A DNA stretch of 62,235 nucleotides from Candidatus Magasanikiibacteriota bacterium (GTDB lineage: Bacteria > Patescibacteriota > Patescibacteriia > Magasanikbacterales > GWA2-37-8). The stretch is taken from contig DAIOHD010000001.1 of NCBI GenBank assembly GCA_036744835.1, forward strand, positions 810,447 to 872,681. The letters are read 5' to 3'. The notes beneath the pieces were generated by a model. It was not told the origin of the DNA. It saw only the letters and a list, made by a program, of their open reading frames with translations, and searched no databases. Shown here in pieces: positions 18,604-27,204 of this stretch; the stretch's first letter is position 1, and each line of letters opens with the position of its first letter. The translations under genes were made by a program, and so were the position numbers.

Positions 18604-19144
18604 TATTTTCACAACGACTCATTATAACCCGAAAACCATTAAGTTTTTCTTCGCAATTTGGCAAGGTATCTTTAACCGTCTTTCCGTCCGGTAATCTACA
18701 ACAAATAACTTCCAATCCTTTATCAATTCTATAAATATCTTCAACTTGCAACGTCGTACTTAAAAATCTAACTATCGCCACACCGGAAAAAGCAATGACT
18801 ATTCCAATAACCGCCGCCACCATAGCATCTCTACCCTCTTTGATTTTACCGGCATCACCGGCAGAGATAATCATTTTAAAACCACCATAAACAAACACCA
18901 ACAGAGCTAAAGCACCTATAAAAGAAAATAGATAAGCACCGATATTTATGGCCAACTCTATAAAAACCCCCACGTCATCACATTTTGGATCAAAGGTATC
19001 TCCTGGTTTAGCATTCATTTGTTTTTGAATACATTCCGGATAAATTTTTGTCCAACTTTCTTCCTCCGCTCGTACAAAAAAGAGTGGTATTAAAACCCCA
19101 GAAATTATTACCAATAAAATAAGATATTTGGTAAATTTTTTCAT
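18596..19144 (-). CDS. VirB2/TrbC-like pilin with Cys pairs at both ends (array 1)
   Basis: YGGFKMIISAGDAGKIKEGRDAMVAAVIGI; start moved to MKKFTKY directly after the SBP stop. Confidence 0.8.
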   Translation of the reverse strand: MKKFTKYLILLVIISGVLIPLFFVRAEEESWTKIYPECIQKQMNAKPGDTFDPKCDDVGVFIELAINIGAYLFSFIGALALLVFVYGGFKMIISAGDAGKIKEGRDAMVAAVIGIVIAFSGVAIVRFLSTTLQVEDIYRIDKGLEVICCRLPDGKTVKDTLPNCEEKLNGFRVIMSRCENNE

Positions 19145-19145
19145 A

Positions 19146-20534
19146 TTAGTAAGTTTGATTAATTTTTGTGGCTGCACGATTAATAGCTTCGGCTCGCCAT
19201 TTTTCAATATCAGATTCACGTTGATTGGTTGGAGTTTTTAACCAATCACTATATAAAAGATCCAAACCTTCTTTCGCGGCTTCGTAATTTCTGCCCCGAT
19301 ACCAATTTTCCACAATCAAAAGATCATCTACAAAAGGCGCCAATTCTGGTTTAGTTTTTTGTTCAACTAGAAAAGCGCGCTTTGCGGTGGGACGACCAGT
19401 TTTATCTAAATAATCTTTAACGTTTAAATTTGATAAATAATTTATAAAATTCCAAGCGAGTTCTTGATTTTTTGATTTAGCCACTACACACTGTAACGAA
19501 TAATTTGTTACATTAACCGGATTTTCCGGATTAAGTTGAATAAGCGGAATAATATCAAAATTGATATTTGCACCCTGAGCTTTGATCAAATTATAATGAT
19601 AGTTATAGCCAAAGAAAAAAGCTAAACCACCTTTTACAAATCTATCAAGCGCTGTTTCTTGTTGGTCGTTCCAAGTGTAAGTATCCCTTTCCGGATTAGC
19701 AAAATCGGTATAAAAATCTAAAACATTATACAAAGAGTTATTATCTCTACCTCCAGTCCAAGTAAAACCACTCGTACCAAGAATCACTCCGCTTTGTTTT
19801 AATAAAACATAAAAAATATCGTCAAAATTATTGATATTTTTAGCAGTACCCAAAGCCGTACCGGATTGAATGATACTCCCGGTTTCTTTATTAAATTTAG
19901 TTGTTTTCTTTACGGCATTTTGAAATTCTTCCCAATTTTTTGGTGGCTCGGGAACGCCTGATCTGTCCAAAATATCTTTATTATAATAAATAACCATACT
20001 ATCAAGAGAAAGGGGTAAGCCATAAATTTTACCTCCGATAATCGCATCTTTTTTTACTGTTTGAAAAAATTCTCTTTCAATATTTAAAGCGGTTGGAAGA
20101 GTTACATTTCTCAGGCTAATTACCGTTTCCGTACCACCGGTAACCGTTTTTTTTGTTTCCACTATACCATCTTTGACAGCGGAAGGCATGGTTGCTAATT
20201 TACTCTGATAAAAAGGCAATTGTCTGACCGGAACAGAAATAATATCTGGCCCTTTATCCTCAGCCAAAGCCTCTACTAACCTATCGTATATTTCTTCGGC
20301 TCGAAATTGGCGAACGTTTATAGTGACGTATGGTCTATAAGTTTTAAAATTAGTAACAATCGCATTAATAGCCCCGACATCGTCATAAACTGTCCAATAT
20401 TCTAAAGTTGTGCTTTTGATAGCTGCGGCTTGTTCTTTGGTAACCACTCCTTTGCAACCAAATCCAGACACCACAAACAGACCTAAAATCAAAAACAAAC
20501 TTATGGTTTTAAAATTTATTTTTTTGAAAAACAT
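19146..20534 (-). CDS. Extracellular solute-binding lipoprotein (sugar ABC SBP family 1-like)
   Basis: Lipobox GFG-C; GPDIISV, IYGLPLSLDSMVIYYNKDIL, PPKNWEEF. Confidence 0.88.
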   Translation of the reverse strand: MFFKKINFKTISLFLILGLFVVSGFGCKGVVTKEQAAAIKSTTLEYWTVYDDVGAINAIVTNFKTYRPYVTINVRQFRAEEIYDRLVEALAEDKGPDIISVPVRQLPFYQSKLATMPSAVKDGIVETKKTVTGGTETVISLRNVTLPTALNIEREFFQTVKKDAIIGGKIYGLPLSLDSMVIYYNKDILDRSGVPEPPKNWEEFQNAVKKTTKFNKETGSIIQSGTALGTAKNINNFDDIFYVLLKQSGVILGTSGFTWTGGRDNNSLYNVLDFYTDFANPERDTYTWNDQQETALDRFVKGGLAFFFGYNYHYNLIKAQGANINFDIIPLIQLNPENPVNVTNYSLQCVVAKSKNQELAWNFINYLSNLNVKDYLDKTGRPTAKRAFLVEQKTKPELAPFVDDLLIVENWYRGRNYEAAKEGLDLLYSDWLKTPTNQRESDIEKWRAEAINRAATKINQTY

Positions 20535-20667
20535 ACTTTCTTAATTTCAAATGTCAAATTACCAATTTCCAATCAATTTCAAAATCCAAATGACCAATTA
20601 CAAATTTGAAATTTGATATTTGCCCGCCAATTGGCGGGTTTGACATTGGATATTGGAAATTTGATAT

Positions 20668-21537
20668 TTATTTAATAATCTTTTTAAGGTATTTTTTAAA
20701 CTCTTTGTTTAATTTTTTGTCTCTTAAAGCAAAATCAACATTAGCTTTTAAATAACCGATTTTACTTCCGGTATCATAATATTGGCCATCTATCAATTTG
20801 GCATAAATTGGACGTTTTTTAATTAATTTAAAAATAGCATCGGTTAACCAAAGTTCTCCGCCTTTACCAAGCTTGGTTTTTTCTAAAGCTTCAAAAATAT
20901 CCGGGGTCAAAATATAACCACCCAAAGCCGCCAAACGCGAAGGCGCTTTATCGGGACCGGGTTTTTCTACGATGTTTTTTACTTGATAAGTCCCTTTTTC
21001 CACTTCCAACGCATCTAAAATACCATATTTTTTTGTATCTTCCTTATCTACTTTATAGGCAGTCAAAACTGGGTCTCCATATTTTTCAAACACTTCTATC
21101 AATTGTTTCAATTGAGGTTTATGAGGAGCATAAAAAAATTCATCTCCCCAAAGAACCGCAAAAGGCTCATTTCCGATAATATTTTTCGCACACAAAATCG
21201 GGGTACCGTTACCATAAGGACCTTTTTGACGAATAAAAATAAAATTAGCCAAATCCGCTATCTTTTTTACATCCTCGGCAATTTCTTCTTTTTTTTGTTT
21301 TTTAAGCCAATTAATAAGCTCGTAATTTGGAGAAAAATGATCTTCAACCGCTCGTTTGCTTGGACCGGTGATAAAAATAATATCCGTAATTCCAGCAGCT
21401 ACGGCACTTTCAACTACATATTGAATAATAGGTTTGTCGACTATCGGCAACATCTCTTTGGGCTGAGCCTTGGTAGCCGGTAAAAATCTGGTTCCCAAAC
21501 CCGCAACCGGAATGACTAATTTCTTGATAGTTCCCAT
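20668..21537 (-). CDS. galU: UTP--glucose-1-phosphate uridylyltransferase
   Basis: VIPVAGLGTRFLPATKAQPKEMLPIVDKP; IVEKP; GELWLTDAI. Confidence 0.96.
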   Translation of the reverse strand: MGTIKKLVIPVAGLGTRFLPATKAQPKEMLPIVDKPIIQYVVESAVAAGITDIIFITGPSKRAVEDHFSPNYELINWLKKQKKEEIAEDVKKIADLANFIFIRQKGPYGNGTPILCAKNIIGNEPFAVLWGDEFFYAPHKPQLKQLIEVFEKYGDPVLTAYKVDKEDTKKYGILDALEVEKGTYQVKNIVEKPGPDKAPSRLAALGGYILTPDIFEALEKTKLGKGGELWLTDAIFKLIKKRPIYAKLIDGQYYDTGSKIGYLKANVDFALRDKKLNKEFKKYLKKIIK

Positions 21538-21691
21538 ATTAAAAAGTTGTTTATAACAAAAATACCTGTCTTTTTTAACCTTTTTATTATAACATTGTCT
21601 TTTCTTTTCCGCAACAAGTTACTTTCATTTTTTAATCTTTAAATCTTTTAAATCTTTGCAATCTTTTAAATAAATTAAATAGCGCAAAGCG

Positions 21692-23158
21692 CTATTTAAT
21701 CTCCTGCCATTCAATAAGCGCATAATTTGCGCCAACCGGAGATGATGGAGGCGGATTAAATAAGGAATAAATATTAAAAGTTGTTTCCGTATTAGTAAAA
21801 CCACTTACAATCCGCATTTGATTATCAACCCAGGTAAACGTCCAAATTTTATAAGAAACTATCGATCCATTAACCCTGATGGTATCTAATATTATATATG
21901 GAGAAACACCTTCATAATAATCATATCTTTGTATCGCTCCGGTTTGAGCAATCATAGAAGCATTAATTTCCAAAGTTGAACTAACCTTATACGGAATCAA
22001 AATATTATTTTTTGCCGTTAAACCAAGAATGTTTTCTTCACTTTTATTTGGATAGATCAAATTATTTTTAATAACGATATCACTATTTGCACCCACAGCT
22101 ACACTCCCTTTTATTATCCCCTCAACCCAAACAGTTTTTTCCGAATAAAAGTAAGCGATTTCCGGCGAAGTGGTGGTCAAATAAAGAGTTTCACTGCTTA
22201 TATCTAAGCAACAAGCTGTTGCTCCGGGTTTTTTATGGTCGGTATTATAACAATTTCTACATTTATAATTACCACAATAATTGGGCGAATTTTTATTAGA
22301 AGAACAGCCATCACTTTCGCAAGTGCTAACATTGTAAATTTTTGCTTGCATAACTTCATCGCCATTTACTGAAGTTGTTGAAAAAATTATATGCCAACCT
22401 CGATTAGGAGAGCTGTCTAAATAAACCCCAAAATTTATAGCATTAGTTCTTATTTCATCCAATTTATTATTTATTAAACCAAAATCTTTAAAAGAAGCGG
22501 GATAAACAAAAAATACACTTGGACCTCCATCGCCCCAAACTCCGCCTTTCCATGGACTGCCCGAACAAAGCGGTTGAGCAGGTGGACAATAAGCTCCAAG
22601 CAATTGGCTACTAACTATGGAATCTGTTTCACCGTCAAATCTAACCGCTCCATTACTATGCATTTTTCCATGAACCACTTCATCAGGCCCTATCCAAATT
22701 TCAGAATTCGTCAAAAAAGAATAGTCAGTTAAAGAAGGTTTTCCAACTCTAGCTTTTACGGTTCGCAAAGTATTTGGTTGAAAATTCATCCAACCAGTTG
22801 ATTTGATAGTAGCGACGGTTGATCCGGTTCGTGGCGCTGTTAAATCCAAAGAAAATTTACCGATATTATTTTTATTTTTATCAAAATAATCATGGATATA
22901 AGGGCCGGTTGTGGTAGTGCCATCTTGATAATCATTTTCATCGGCAAAAATATGCCAACGATAATAAGATATTCCGGCATCAGCTACTTGAAAAGCCATT
23001 TCTTTATTGTGTTTTGCTACAGCTAATTTATTTTGATAAATCGCGTAACCGGATAAACCCATAACCACAAAAATAAAACTGAGAGAACCAAAAATCAAAA
23101 CGAAAAGCAAAGCCCCGCCGCGAATATCTGTTAAAAAATTTTTTATTTCAATTTTCAC
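21692..23158 (-). CDS. PilX-like minor pilin with large C-terminal domain
   Basis: RG|GALLFVLIF type-III signal without Glu5; AFQVADAGI. Confidence 0.75.
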   Translation of the reverse strand: MKIEIKNFLTDIRGGALLFVLIFGSLSFIFVVMGLSGYAIYQNKLAVAKHNKEMAFQVADAGISYYRWHIFADENDYQDGTTTTGPYIHDYFDKNKNNIGKFSLDLTAPRTGSTVATIKSTGWMNFQPNTLRTVKARVGKPSLTDYSFLTNSEIWIGPDEVVHGKMHSNGAVRFDGETDSIVSSQLLGAYCPPAQPLCSGSPWKGGVWGDGGPSVFFVYPASFKDFGLINNKLDEIRTNAINFGVYLDSSPNRGWHIIFSTTSVNGDEVMQAKIYNVSTCESDGCSSNKNSPNYCGNYKCRNCYNTDHKKPGATACCLDISSETLYLTTTSPEIAYFYSEKTVWVEGIIKGSVAVGANSDIVIKNNLIYPNKSEENILGLTAKNNILIPYKVSSTLEINASMIAQTGAIQRYDYYEGVSPYIILDTIRVNGSIVSYKIWTFTWVDNQMRIVSGFTNTETTFNIYSLFNPPPSSPVGANYALIEWQEIK

Positions 23159-23180
23159 AAATTTATAACTTTACAAATTT

Positions 23181-23798
23181 TTAGTTTGCCTTCAAATTCC
23201 TCAATTGTGCTTTTGATTGAATTTCAAAAACCGGTGAATTTGGCAAATTGTTTTGTTTTACCAATAGTTTTATTTCTACAATTCTGACATTCGGCAAAAA
23301 TATCGGATACGTCATAGAGGAAGTGCTGCCAGCTCCATCATAATTAGAATCATAATAAGTAAAAATGGTATTCGTCGCGGATTGTAAATTTCGCACCACT
23401 TCACTAACTTCTTCCGTACTAGTATCATATTCGTACAAAACATCTTCTGTTGGCTTTGTAATACCTTTGCTAAATGTGGTACCGCTTACAAAATAACGGA
23501 CTCTTTCCATCAGAGAATCGCTATCTATGTTGGCATAAAAAATTATTTCCGTACTTGAAGCAAAGGCCAATGGATATCCTCCGACAGTCGAATAATTAAT
23601 AGTCCGCATCTCATCAACAAATATCCTAGTCGCTTTAGATGTTATAGATTGTGCAAAGCTGTTTTCCCAAACATTTTTATCCGCTTTGGAACTAGCACTA
23701 AAAAGAGCCGCGGTTCCAAAAATTACAATCAAAAAAATACCGAAACCAAATAAAATTTCAAACAAAGTTAGTCCTTTATTATTTAAAATTTTTTTCAT
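23181..23798 (-). CDS. PilW/PulJ-like prepilin
   Basis: KG|LTLFEIL N-methylation motif plus hydrophobic helix. Confidence 0.8.
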   Translation of the reverse strand: MKKILNNKGLTLFEILFGFGIFLIVIFGTAALFSASSKADKNVWENSFAQSITSKATRIFVDEMRTINYSTVGGYPLAFASSTEIIFYANIDSDSLMERVRYFVSGTTFSKGITKPTEDVLYEYDTSTEEVSEVVRNLQSATNTIFTYYDSNYDGAGSTSSMTYPIFLPNVRIVEIKLLVKQNNLPNSPVFEIQSKAQLRNLKAN

Positions 23799-23804
23799 AT
23801 TCTA

Positions 23805-25595
23805 TTATAATGACAGCATATTAACTACTTCATGACTAGTTGTTGGTATTTCAACAGAAGTAGTTACAAACTGATATCCATTTTTATCAATTTCCAAAAA
23901 ATATTCACCTGAAGAAAGGTTGCTAAAAAAAACTTGGCCTGGAGGAGCACAGTCATTGGTATAGGTAAAAAATATATCCTCGATTTCTGGAGTAAAGGTC
24001 GTACTGGCGGTAAAAAGACATATTTTATAACGTAAGTATCTTTGATTGTTGTGCGATGAATTAATAGTCGTTTCTTCAAAAGAATACCACGTATCCACTG
24101 TCGCATCAGGACCTATAAAATCCCAACTAGCCGGAGTAGATGTATCGCTGGTTGCAATTTGCATTTTTGTAGAATTTGTTCCAACTTCCAAAGGCTGAAT
24201 AAAAGGTTCACTAAAAATATTTCGAAAAATAACCGCTTCGCCAGCGTCAAAAATAGAAGACATTAAACAGCCGTCTTCATAGTAATACTCGCCGATTTTT
24301 TTTAATTTTATTTTTCCTTCATCATCTATATCCAACCTATTATCATCGCTGTAATATTTTGTTTCATCACTCATTATCTCTTGTCCAGAGCCGCCGCTCC
24401 AGTCAGTTTGCCGAGCATAACCTAATCCTGTTTGATAAGTACTACTATATCCAGTTGTTGTAGAATAAAGCTTAACCGTAGCATCAGAAATAGGCATGCC
24501 AGTAATATTATCTTTTACACTAACTAAAAGCGGATAAGGATTGTGTGGGCGTAAAATCAAAGTTAACATCTGAGTTTCTCCGGCATTTAAATTCAAAGAA
24601 AGCATTGGGATTGAACCGCCTAAATAATAACTGGTACCACTTGGAGCAAAATAATATTCATCCCATTCAATATTATTAAAATTTAAAATTCCGCTACTAT
24701 TTGTGTTGCTGGTAACATCAAATCTTAGCAGTTCCGGCAAACCTAAAAGTTTTTTACCGAATACACGCAAACTGGCGTTACTTATGTTTGAACAAGTCGG
24801 ATTTAAAGTTTTTATTTGTAAATTTGATAAATAATCTATAGAAAAACTCAATTCCGCCACTTTATTTTCCAAAACAGTAGCATAGGGCTTGACCGGGGTC
24901 GGATTTTCATCTGTAGTTGAAGCTGTGGCATCAGTAGTAAAACCCTCTTTGGATACGGTAATATTATAAAGAAAAGTTCCCGTAGGGACATTGATAACAT
25001 AGAGGTGTCCATTATTATCGGTGACATCGTCTTTATAAGAAGAAGAACCAAACATTTCTATATGAACACTGGCTTGAGAAACCGGACGTCCGAGAGAATC
25101 AACCACTTCTATAAAAAGAGCTCCCAAATTACTTTCGTCTTCTTTTATATTCGGGCCTATGAGAGTACTCAAAATTAAAGGCTTTTGTTGATCAATCGAT
25201 AAACAATAAATTTCCATTTCGACTAATTTATAATCAGCCGGAGCATTGTCTTGGGGAGTAGACGTTATAGTACCATCAAAATGATCGTCAATAAATCTGA
25301 CAGTATTAATAATTTTAAAATTTAGATCATTTCGTGTTATATATTTAATTGGTAACAGAACACCCGGAACATCAAAGGCATCTTGTAAACCAACTTCGTT
25401 ATAAGGTAAATTACGAACAATTTCTAATTCTTCACTCAAAATCGCCGTTTCAATCGTTTTAATTTTTGCCAATCGTACAATCTTATAAATAGAAATAAGC
25501 GTGGAATAAATACCAACTGCAAACATGGCCAATATGGCTATGGCAACGATAATCTCTACCAAAGTAAAACCTTTTTTATTTATTCTTTTTATCAT
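23805..25595 (-). CDS. Prepilin-type N-terminus fused to carboxypeptidase-regulatory-like beta-sandwich repeats
   Basis: KKG|FTLVEIIVAIAIL; repeated V.V.D..G.P(V/I)..A.V and Y.I.VSK.G(F/Y) units; start moved to MIKRINKK. Confidence 0.8.
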   Translation of the reverse strand: MIKRINKKGFTLVEIIVAIAILAMFAVGIYSTLISIYKIVRLAKIKTIETAILSEELEIVRNLPYNEVGLQDAFDVPGVLLPIKYITRNDLNFKIINTVRFIDDHFDGTITSTPQDNAPADYKLVEMEIYCLSIDQQKPLILSTLIGPNIKEDESNLGALFIEVVDSLGRPVSQASVHIEMFGSSSYKDDVTDNNGHLYVINVPTGTFLYNITVSKEGFTTDATASTTDENPTPVKPYATVLENKVAELSFSIDYLSNLQIKTLNPTCSNISNASLRVFGKKLLGLPELLRFDVTSNTNSSGILNFNNIEWDEYYFAPSGTSYYLGGSIPMLSLNLNAGETQMLTLILRPHNPYPLLVSVKDNITGMPISDATVKLYSTTTGYSSTYQTGLGYARQTDWSGGSGQEIMSDETKYYSDDNRLDIDDEGKIKLKKIGEYYYEDGCLMSSIFDAGEAVIFRNIFSEPFIQPLEVGTNSTKMQIATSDTSTPASWDFIGPDATVDTWYSFEETTINSSHNNQRYLRYKICLFTASTTFTPEIEDIFFTYTNDCAPPGQVFFSNLSSGEYFLEIDKNGYQFVTTSVEIPTTSHEVVNMLSL

Positions 25596-25672
25596 GCAAA
25601 TATTGTAGCATAAAAAACAAGTATTTGCCACTTGATTTATTTATATTTTTATGATAATATTTTTTACGAAAA

Positions 25673-25754
25673 GCCCGGGTGGCGGAATTGGTAGACGCAC
25701 AGGACTTAAAATCCTGCGGCTTCGGTCGTGCGGGTTCGATTCCCGCCCCGGGCA
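25673..25754 (+). tRNA. tRNA-Leu(TAA)
   Basis: GCCCGGG/CCCGGGC acceptor, CAGGA-CT TAA AA-TCCTG, long variable arm. Confidence 0.95.
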
Positions 25755-25973
25755 CATAATAAAAAATGGCCAAGTGTTTAGCTTGGTCATTTTTTATTAT
25801 GAGTTTGTTGGTCGCGGGAATCGAACGGGCAGAAACGAGGCTTGAAGTTTTTGCGGAAGCAAAAACGAAATGACGAGTGTCGGAGGATTTCCAGTGAAAA
25901 TCCGACGCTGCCCAGGGCAAGGAGTCGAGCCGATATTTGTCGGCGAGACGACGAGGAATTCCCGCCCCGGGCA
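25755..25973 (+). mobile_element. tRNA-linked structured cassette (Leu copy)
   Basis: Hairpin terminator, 13-nt perfect inverted T-arm GCGGGAATCGAAC (25814-25826), multi-hairpin core, 16-bp direct copy of the tRNA 3' end (25958-25973). Confidence 0.75.
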
Positions 25974-26184
25974 AAAATAACACAGACCTTTTTTGGTCTG
26001 TGTTATTTTGTCCGAAGAGCGAGCAAAACTGTTTGCTCGCGTCGGGATGAGAACGCTCCGCCTTCGTTAAAACTCCGGCAGATAAACTCCGCGATAATCG
26101 CGCTTGCCCGTCCGTAGCTTTAGCGTAGGCGGGAGGCGGTGGCTAGCCCGAGGAGTCGGAAGACGACGAGAAAACGAAAAAGTA

Positions 26185-26213
26185 TTGACAAAAAGGCTAA
26201 AATACGCTAAAAT
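26185..26213 (+). promoter_or_regulatory. sigma70 promoter of orphan gene
   Basis: TTGACA-17-TAAAAT; first 19 nt identical to the promoter at 39270. Confidence 0.7.
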
Positions 26214-26297
26214 CATCTGTTATAGTTCATTAAATCATAATAAACTTTCAAATCAGCAAAATTTATAGTTTATAAACCCAAATAAAGGAGAAGACTA

Positions 26298-26684
26298 ATG
26301 GCAGAAACAATCGAAAAAGGATGCGATGGAAAGATGAGATGGCATTGGTATAATGTCATGAACGATCTTAAAGTCCAAGGTGGATTAGAAGAAGTTGTAA
26401 TCGACCCGTTAAGCGTAAACACTTGCGGCTGTGGAGGAACAACCAAAAACGGTACAAGGTTCTTTGTCACATGGATATTTAATACTTTTCTTATGATTAG
26501 TATGTCCAAGGAAGAACAAGGACTCATTGATGCTTTTGCTAAAGTTGTTGAATATCGGCCATTCTGCCGATACGTCAATAAAAGATCGGGATTACTCACT
26601 TTCGAGTGGGATAAAAAAGATCCAGACGGACGCTTTGCAAAGTTACAAAACGATAAAGAGAGTGAACTCAAACTTATTCAATGA
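26298..26684 (+). CDS. Hypothetical protein
   Basis: 128 aa, clear SD (AAAGGAG), own promoter and downstream terminator 26712-26740; no family recognised. Confidence 0.75.
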   Translation: MAETIEKGCDGKMRWHWYNVMNDLKVQGGLEEVVIDPLSVNTCGCGGTTKNGTRFFVTWIFNTFLMISMSKEEQGLIDAFAKVVEYRPFCRYVNKRSGLLTFEWDKKDPDGRFAKLQNDKESELKLIQ

Positions 26685-26822
26685 ATCATCTCTTACTATC
26701 ACCACTATTCGCCCGCGGGAAACATTTCCGTGGGTTTTTTATTTACAAAAAAATAGATCCGAAGACCTATTTTTTTATTTTATAAATAAATGTATTAACT
26801 AATGTTTCTAAATAAAGAATAT

Positions 26823-27170
26823 CTACCTAACATTATTTTTTTCGTATCTTGTAGCAACAAAATCTATAATTATCCCATAAACAATTCCTGCAAAAAATCC
26901 GGGGACATCTTTGAAACCTGTTGCTAAGAAAAATGAACCACTTATTATCAAACCAAGAAATGCTCCGCGCAATATAATATTTTTATTATTATTTTGAATT
27001 ACATAATACGGCGCTAAACCAATTACCAAACCCATAACAACCCTATTGACCCATGTGGCCAATATAAACAATTCATTTCCGACAAAACCAAGTCTACTAC
27101 TTACCCCGATTATGCAAAAAATTCCTAAAAAAGCTCCGGTTAAAATAGCTACAAGTAATCTTTTTTTCAT
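26823..27170 (-). CDS. Small multi-pass membrane protein
   Basis: About four Gly-rich hydrophobic helices. Confidence 0.7.
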   Translation of the reverse strand: MKKRLLVAILTGAFLGIFCIIGVSSRLGFVGNELFILATWVNRVVMGLVIGLAPYYVIQNNNKNIILRGAFLGLIISGSFFLATGFKDVPGFFAGIVYGIIIDFVATRYEKNNVR

Positions 27171-27204
27171 ATTTTTTGTTTTATTTATATTTTAAATAAT
27201 AAAA

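Noticed and set aside
13946-19144. Diversity-generating retroelement or invertible cassette driving pilin variation
   Set aside because: No RT, no template/variable repeat pair with A-specific mismatches, no recombinase and no inverted members.
25576-26117. ORFs 25576-25983(-), 25651-25845(+), 25842-26117(+)
   Set aside because: They overlap tRNA-Leu and the structured cassettes; no SD or protein-like composition.
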